A DNA stretch of 64,000 nucleotides from NCBI RefSeq assembly GCF_009914755.1, contig NC_060926.1; one strand, given 5' to 3'. Of this stretch, positions 56,553-64,000 are shown one piece after another. Source of the DNA: the human T2T-CHM13v2.0 reference genome, Homo sapiens. The stretch's first letter is position 1. The number at the start of each line of letters is the position of its first letter. Made by a program: the position numbers and the translations under genes. Under the pieces are notes generated by a model. That model ran no database searches and was not told where the DNA came from. It saw nothing but the letters and a program-made list of their open reading frames with translations.

Positions 56553-59309
56553 TATGACAAAAATAATACATTTTAAAAAATGTACACATGTATCAAACAT
56601 ATTATTATAAAAATAAAAATATTCAGTGTAAGAATTTGTAATGATCACAAAATGTTCACAGCTTATATTTAAGTACAGTTTCAAATGCCTAGTGCAATTA
56701 CTATTTATTTCTTTGTGTATTTTAACCATGTATATAATAAATATTTTTCAGGTTCAACAATATATATCAATCCTACAGGCTCTTACAAATATTAGCTAAA
56801 ATCAATTGGTAAATTCATGTATATATATGCTTACCTGTATCAGTGAGCGTGTGTGCATGTATGTTTGTGTAAATGTAATTTTATGTGTGTGTAAATGTAA
56901 TTGGATGCATCCTTATATTTACCCTTACCTTCAAGATTTCCAAGATTCATTTATTATCTTTAGATGATGGGCATTTAAAGATTTACCAAATACAACTGTA
57001 ATAGTGGGAAATATCAAGATGTTATTAAATTCATCTTGTGCACATAATTGTTTCTATAATTTTATGTTTCTTGCAAAACTTGCAGTAATGCTCATGCACA
57101 AAATAATTTTCTAAATAAAAAAAACGTTTTCTCAGTCATTAATTCTTAAAATTATTTCTCCCCAATAATTAATGTGAATTAATTCTTAATTCTTAATGAT
57201 AGAATAATGTTGCCCTTCAGAGTTCGGAAACTTTTACATGTTGTACACATTTCACAAACCAGAACAACTTCTGAAATATTGGCATTAATTAATGTCACTC
57301 AGCAATTATTGATTTCAAAGGCATTAAATACCATTCCTATTCTGAATCACAAGGGTACTTTGGCATCTTATTTAATCAAGCTCTTTGTATCATCATCTAC
57401 AATTTAATTACTTAACAAACATTTCTCTGTGTGAGAAAGATTGAGCAGGTTATTGTGCTTTTTTAAGATGCAACTTTTGCTTAATCTAGAGATAGGCAAT
57501 GCTCCCTATAAGGGACAAGGAGAAAAATAAATGAGCAATAGAGATGTGACAGGCATGGAAAAAGACACTACATTTATCAAACAAATAGGGCCACGGATGA
57601 CGATAATGGGGATCAAATCTTGAGATACTGACTCAGTTTATAACCTCACTGTATAATAGAGCAAATCATTTGTTAATTTTTTTACAAATGGAATTTAATT
57701 TAATTAAGATGAATACAGTGTTTTAAACAAGGCAGGTCATCTTAAAATAAAATAGTGGAATAAAGTGATAAAACCAATGTAAAAATCGTAAACATTTTAT
57801 AAAGAATTTTTGTCATGTAATTTAATATTTTTGTTCATTTAAAATCACCCAAATCAAAATAATTTTATCTTAATTAACAAATAATCATCAGAAGTTTAAC
57901 TAATTTTTACTTTATAATACTAGGTTTAAAAATTCTGAACTATAGTTTTAATCACATATGCTTATATATAAAATAGACAGGATATATATTTACATGTTCA
58001 CAATATTATATTGTAATTGCTCCTATGGATGTGGTTTTTCAATAGAATTAATAAGTACTTTAAAAAAGTTTCAATTTCAATGATGTGTATGATTGATTTT
58101 TCTTAGAAAAAGCATACATATATTGATAGGTAATAATATGAAAATCTTCTAAAGGCATTACAGGAACACGAAAATGTAATTAAATACTCACTAATTTGTA
58201 ATGTTTTATGTAAGCGGAACACATTTAACTGAAAATTGCTTTTATATAATACTCAAACGAGACTAAAAACTTTTTAACCAGCGGAGTAAGTCTTCAAATT
58301 GATAATCTGAACTATATTGGAGGAGAAATTTCAGGCACTCAAATATTTGAAATGCTACAAAATATTTATATAAACTATTATTTAACAATTTCTGTTTGTA
58401 GAGTGCTATACAGTAATCAATATAAATGACATCTCAAGTCTTTCTATAGCTTTGACCACATTTACCTCCTAATTTTAATTATTAATATGTTGGAGCAGTG
58501 CATACAACTAGATTCTGATCTTCCTTTTTAATGAGTAAAAATATGTGCTTTGAGACAGCATTAAAGAAAGAGCACCTTGTAAAAATTCAATGCCAAGAGA
58601 CAAGATATTCTTGATTCTGAAGTCTTGTTCTTTTATACAGCAATGTAATTAATAAGAAGAAAAGGAGGACATAGATGTGGAGCCTATTTTAATAAAAAAT
58701 TGTCTATAGATTTTGATGATAACATTTAAAAATCTACTATATTTAGTTAGTTACAAGAAACTAGGTTGTGGGAACATATTTGGTCAACAAAACACCCCTA
58801 CCAAGTGCTGACAAGAAAAAAAGTTAGGTATCACCTTTCTTCTCTGCAGATGGCCTGAGATGGGTTAATTTGAAAGAATGCTTCCAAAGCTGAGGTGACC
58901 CCTGAGAACAGCATAATCCACTGCTGTCTCCCACATTCAGTTTCTCAGTCTGTGCTCTTTTAATTTTGTGGGAAGGGAAGCCAGCCCTTTAAACCAATCT
59001 TCAGCATGATGGCAGAACCAAGGAGTGTGGACAGGTGGCACGGTGTCTGACTTTGTTCCAGCAGCCACTTGTGCTTTCTCTGGATCTTCTCTGCCCTAGG
59101 GATAGCACCACTATTGAAAACATATCTTTGTGACATTCTCTATGCCAGGAACTCCCAACACATTTTCCTTGAAACTGATGAAATGAATAAAAATAAACCA
59201 AGAGGTGTGCTGTTTGTTTCTGTTTCCTGCTTTCTGCAGCCCTTCTTGATCATCTAATATTTTCAAATACATTGTCGATCACCAAAAGGAGCATAAGGGG
59301 TATATTGAT

Positions 59310-59705
59310 TTGTAGCAGATGTATTAATAGCCCAGCCCCTATTCCTTACCTGTAGCTGCTGGGAAGAAAACCACTCTTAACACTCTACAAGGTCTCATCT
59401 CCAGAATTTGCAGCTGTTTCTAGCTGAGGACTTTCTCTAGCAGCATGGGAGCTTGATACTGGGCAAGTGGGAAGAAAAGGTGAGGGCAACTAAGAAGAAT
59501 CTCCCTGGATTCAGTGATGTAATTCTGAGGCATGTTCCACATAGCTTCCCATAGAATTAAGCCCAGATATCTAACACAGGAACTTGCCTCTTAACACGTG
59601 TGGTACTGGCTTTTCTATCTTTCCTGTTTTATTTTGTTCTCTCTTCCTTGTCTCACTTTCGCTGTGTCCTCACTCCTGCTTTAAGAATACCCAAACAAAA
59701 ACACT
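59310..59705 (+). mobile_element. ERVL LTR (LTR16-like)
   Basis: tgtagcagatg...aattctgaggcatgttccacatagcttccc...gaattaagccc...ttccttgtctcacttt...aatacccaaac. Confidence 0.55.
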
Positions 59706-61929
59706 CATTTTTTTTTAAGAGTCTCAGAATACAGTTGATAGTGTAACTTGTAATCTATGATAATCAGCTTGGATGCTGTACTGACAGGAAGATGGTGAAC
59801 TCACAATGTCTAATTAAGATAAAATTAAAAAGTATATTGATTCATGTCAAAAGATTTAAAAAACCTAAGCGGCAGTGTCACAATTTCTTCTTTTTAGTTT
59901 ACATGGTTTCTTAAACGCCTACAATTATTTTAAAGGAAGCCTTGAATCTAGGAAAAATTGAGACATATGGAATAAATTACTAACCCATTTCTCCTTGAAA
60001 TCCATTAGATGCTTGATGATTTTTCACATATATTTCTGAATTGAAAAGCTAGCTGTGAATTATTTTTATAAGCATATCCTTAGGTAATATTTTGTTTTTA
60101 ACAGTGAATTGAAGGTTTAAAGATTAAATTATTCTATCCAGAGAATAAAAAGCAATTATTTCACAAGGAGAACATGTGTACGTTGACAAGACATTTTAAA
60201 GTCTAGAATTTAAAAAAGGACCCATATACTTTTGTGTCAAATAGAATATGTTTGTATCAGTCTGTCTACAGTTTTACACCTGTCAAAATGTACTTGAACT
60301 ACAACAACAACCTTGAACAATTTTGAAATTTATGATTCCTCTGAAACTGATTAAAAGAATTATGGTAGAGTGAAATTCTGATTGACATAATTTGGGAGAG
60401 AAATTATTCCTTGGACATCAACCTCTGCCAAGATAGTTTATAATGACATTGAGGCTTTTTGATTTACACAATTTGTTATATAAAAAATACTAAGACGATG
60501 GCAGATAATACACAGACTTTAATTAAAATTGTACTACAATTAAATGTCTAAATAAATTAGAAGGGTACATGGTACATCTAATTGTATGTTTATATATTTT
60601 ATTTGTGCATTTTTTTCCTAGGGTTTCTTTTGCTTTAGTTTGTAAAACGTTCTTATGTTTATGATAATGTAGCATATACTAAATAAAGAAAAATCAGGAA
60701 ATAGAAAATGAAGAAGAAAACATTAGCTATTGTCAACCAAACAAAAATTGTGCAATCTCTAAGCACATGAACTATGTAATATTTGTACAGCATAGTACAA
60801 TGTTTATGCTTCACAGGGTGAGGTAGAGACTGCAAAACCTTGAACTTGGGACAAACAAGAAAGTAAGGAAATTTTCACAACATATTAATATTATAGAAAA
60901 TGTTGAACTTAACAGTTAAGATACAAGTAGTGAAAAATGATAGTATTTAAGGAGATCTAGAAAATTTAATCTATACCTGTAATGTGTGAGAAGTATTAGA
61001 ATAATGCTTGTATTTCTGGATTGTCATCGATTTCTATTGAGACTGGAAACATAATAGAAATGAGTAAAAAAGAATTTAAATTGTGGATACTTGAGTTTTA
61101 TACCTAGGAGTTCCAGAAATACATTTTGTTACTATCAAAGCAGTTGGCACAAGAGGGTACAAAATTCCCTAATTGTGTCTATGTGGAGAAGACATAGACA
61201 GAGAATAGCAAAACAGAAATAGCAAAAAAGCACAAATAAATTTTACCTGTATTTTTAAGTAAAAGCCAATTAGAGAAGGAAAACATGAAATTTGTGTTTT
61301 ATCAAAATTTTTCTCTTTCTCATAATATAGTTGAATATATTACTGGAAAAAATTTGAAGCACTGGTATGTTCACACATAAAAGTAAAATATAAGGTCAAA
61401 ACCATGGGAATGCAGGGAGCAGACAAAATATAACTAAACATGGAAACTGATTTTTCCCTACGGACATGTAGCAAAATGAATGAGTGCAGATTCCTATTGT
61501 CATACATTACATAGGACAGTAAAAAAATACATAGATTTTCCCAAGATAGGGCATCACACAGGAGCTCCTCCCTAAAGCTAGGACCAACATTTCTATCCTC
61601 AGTATAAGGAAGAATCAGAGGTAAATTAGTCCCATTTCACATTCCCTGGAAATGGCAAATAAAAATGACTTGAGATTGGACGGATTTAAAGAAACTCAAT
61701 CATTAATGATTTACAGCAACTAATTTAAAAATTGTTTAAATGTGCAGTCCAAACATATGTCCGAACACCTTTAGGCCAAGAATTAACATAATGTGGTCCC
61801 AGAATGGTGGTGCCTTTAGTAGAATCACAAAAAAATTCAACTTCTCTTTGGCAAATTTTCTACTTACTAATCTGCAAAAGTGCACAAAAATAATTTTCAG
61901 AGAAAAATAAATATTTGTCATTCAAAGGC

Positions 61930-62900
61930 ATCTAAGCATGCAAGGAAATGATATTCCACCATTTGAAAGGAAAGCAGAAAAAGACTACAAACAGATCCAC
62001 AAAGGTTCATTAGTAGAAATATCACTGTTAGATTATAAAGCACATTTGCTTTCAAAAAATTTTTTAAAAAATGAATATATTGTTAGGAGACTAAAAAATT
62101 CATGTAGCAAATTTGAAAAGAAGTTTGTATAAAAATGTAGTTATTTTAAATTAAAAACTCAAAAATGAACTCATCAGATTAGACATGGCCAAGGTGAGAG
62201 TTCATAAATATTTCAGAATGCATTACAGAAAATTTTGAAAAATGTAAAATGTGGACAGAATGATGAAGAGACATGGAAGATACAGTGAGAAAGTGTAGCA
62301 TGTGTTTAGAGAGTGTTCTCATAGAAGAAGGGAACTGGGAAGGGACAATGTGTGTTGGTATTTTGTCTGAAAGTTCCCTAGACCTTTGTAAGACACTGAT
62401 CTGCATATTCAAAAACTCCATGCATGCTAAGCAAGCTACAATGGAGATAAACCTACACCTATGTATCTCCTAGAGAAATAGTAAACACCCATGAAGGGAA
62501 AAATATTTCAATTAGCACTAGAAAAATGAAATTACTTTTAATCATATTGAAATCTGAAAAAATGAAAGGTAAAATAAACAATATTATTTGTTAAGAATAA
62601 TAATGCCATTCTGAATTTCTAAACGAAGAAAAATATTCATCAACCTGTGGCTAAATAACATATTTAGAGACAAAAAACAAAACGCAACCAGCAGAATTCC
62701 ACTAAAGAAACTAAAGAGAAACTCTGAAAATATGCTTCAGAAAGGTTGAAGTTCTGAAATCAAAGAATGAACACAGAGTAAAATATATTGTAAACATACA
62801 GATAGAACAAATAAGAAACTGGATGTTGAAACAAAAATATATTTAAAATTAGATAAGCACTGCAATATGTATGATAAAAAGAAAATTATTAGGGCTGAAG
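61930..62900 (+). mobile_element. Ancient L1M ORF1 fragment
   Basis: ttaaaaactc...atcagattagacatggccaagg...gagacatggaagatacagtgagaaagtgtagcatgtgtttaga...ccagcagaattccactaaagaaac. Confidence 0.5.
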
Positions 62901-62971
62901 TACTCAAAGAAATCTTAATTGTCTGACAAGTGCAGAAAAGTGAGTATGACTTTGCAACTCCTTTTCTTCTT

Positions 62972-63228
62972 CGAATGGAAAGGAATGGAATGGAATGGAA
63001 TGGAATGGAATGGAATGGAATGGAATCAAATGGAATTGAATGGAGAGGAATGGAATGGAATGGGAGATGAGATTGTGCCATTGTGTTACACAATGGGTGA
63101 AAGAATGATACACTCTCGAAAGAAAGGAATGGAATGGAATGCAATGGAGTGGAGTGGAGAGGAGAGGAGTGGAATGGAGTGGAATGGAATCAGATGTAAT
63201 GGAATGTAGTGGAATGGAATGGAATGGA
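62972..63228 (+). repeat. HSat3-like (GGAAT)n with embedded non-satellite insert
   Basis: ggaat pentamers with ggagt/ggaga variants; ~60 bp insert at 63064-63125. Confidence 0.88.
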
Positions 63229-64000
63229 ATCATCATCGAATGGAATAGAATGGAATTATCATCGAATGGAATCAAATGGAAACACCATCGAATGGAAACG
63301 AATGGAGTCATCATTGAATGGAATCAAAAGGCATCATCATCCAATGGACTTGAATGGAATCATCATCGAATGGAATTGGATGGAATAATCATTGAATGGA
63401 ATCGAACGGAATCATCATCAAATGGAATTGAATGGAATCATCATTGAATGGAATCGAATGGAATCATCAACAAATGTAATCGAATGGAATCATCGAATGG
63501 AATCTAAAGGAACCATCATCAAATGGAACTGAATGGAATCATCATTAAATGGAACCGAACAGAGTAATCAGCAAATGGAATCAAATGGACTCATGATCAA
63601 ATGGAATCGAATGGACTCATGATCAAATGGAATCGAATGGAATCATCATCGTATGGAATCAAATTGAATCAATGAATTGAATCGAATGGAAAGATCACCG
63701 AATGGAATTGAAGGGAATCATCGAAAGGGATCAAATGGAATCATCAAAGGGAAACGAATGGAATCATCGAATGGATTCGGATGGAATCATCAGCGAATGG
63801 AATTGAATGGAATCATGGAATAGACTCGAATGGAGTCATCATTAAATGGAATCCAATGGAATCATCGAATGAACATGAATAGAATCGTCATTGAATGGAA
63901 TCGAATGGAATCATCGAATGGCATCGAATGGAATCATCATAGAATGGAATCTAATGGAATCATTGAATGGACTCGAATGGAATAATCGAATGGGCTTGAG
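63229..64000 (+). repeat. Human satellite 2 (HSat2/HSATII), continues beyond the window
   Basis: atcatcgaatggaatcgaatgga 23/26-bp units; adjacent 26-bp copies atggactcatgatcaaatggaatcga at about 63585-63636. Confidence 0.93.

Overview
Primate (human or great-ape) pericentromeric segmental-duplication mosaic that runs into classical satellite. There is no intact cellular protein-coding gene, RNA gene, CRISPR array or prokaryotic system here. Landmarks: (1) two same-orientation CpG-rich, strand-asymmetric GGGGCAAAAAGCCGCGGCGGC tandem arrays (6161-9344, 43164-44406) sharing a ~145 bp paralogous right flank that contains a 5' splice-donor-like site; (2) an unprocessed KSR1 exon-1 pseudogene fragment (minus strand, 42781-43011; in-frame TAG, intact GTAAGG donor) fused head-to-head to the second array; (3) a full-length but disabled L1PA-type LINE-1 (33296-39447, minus strand) with an open antisense ORF0 and no visible TSD, whose 5' end abuts a ~550 bp (CATTT)n island; (4) an HSat3-like (GGAAT)n stretch carrying a decayed Alu 3' fragment, switching to HSat2 at the right end. 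The rest is AT-rich DNA with Alu, L1M, L2, MIR, MaLR/ERV LTR and DNA-transposon fossils. All long ORFs outside L1 are compositional artefacts. Repeat-family and gene calls were made by eye from remembered consensus sequences, so subfamily names and the edges of old repeats are approximate.
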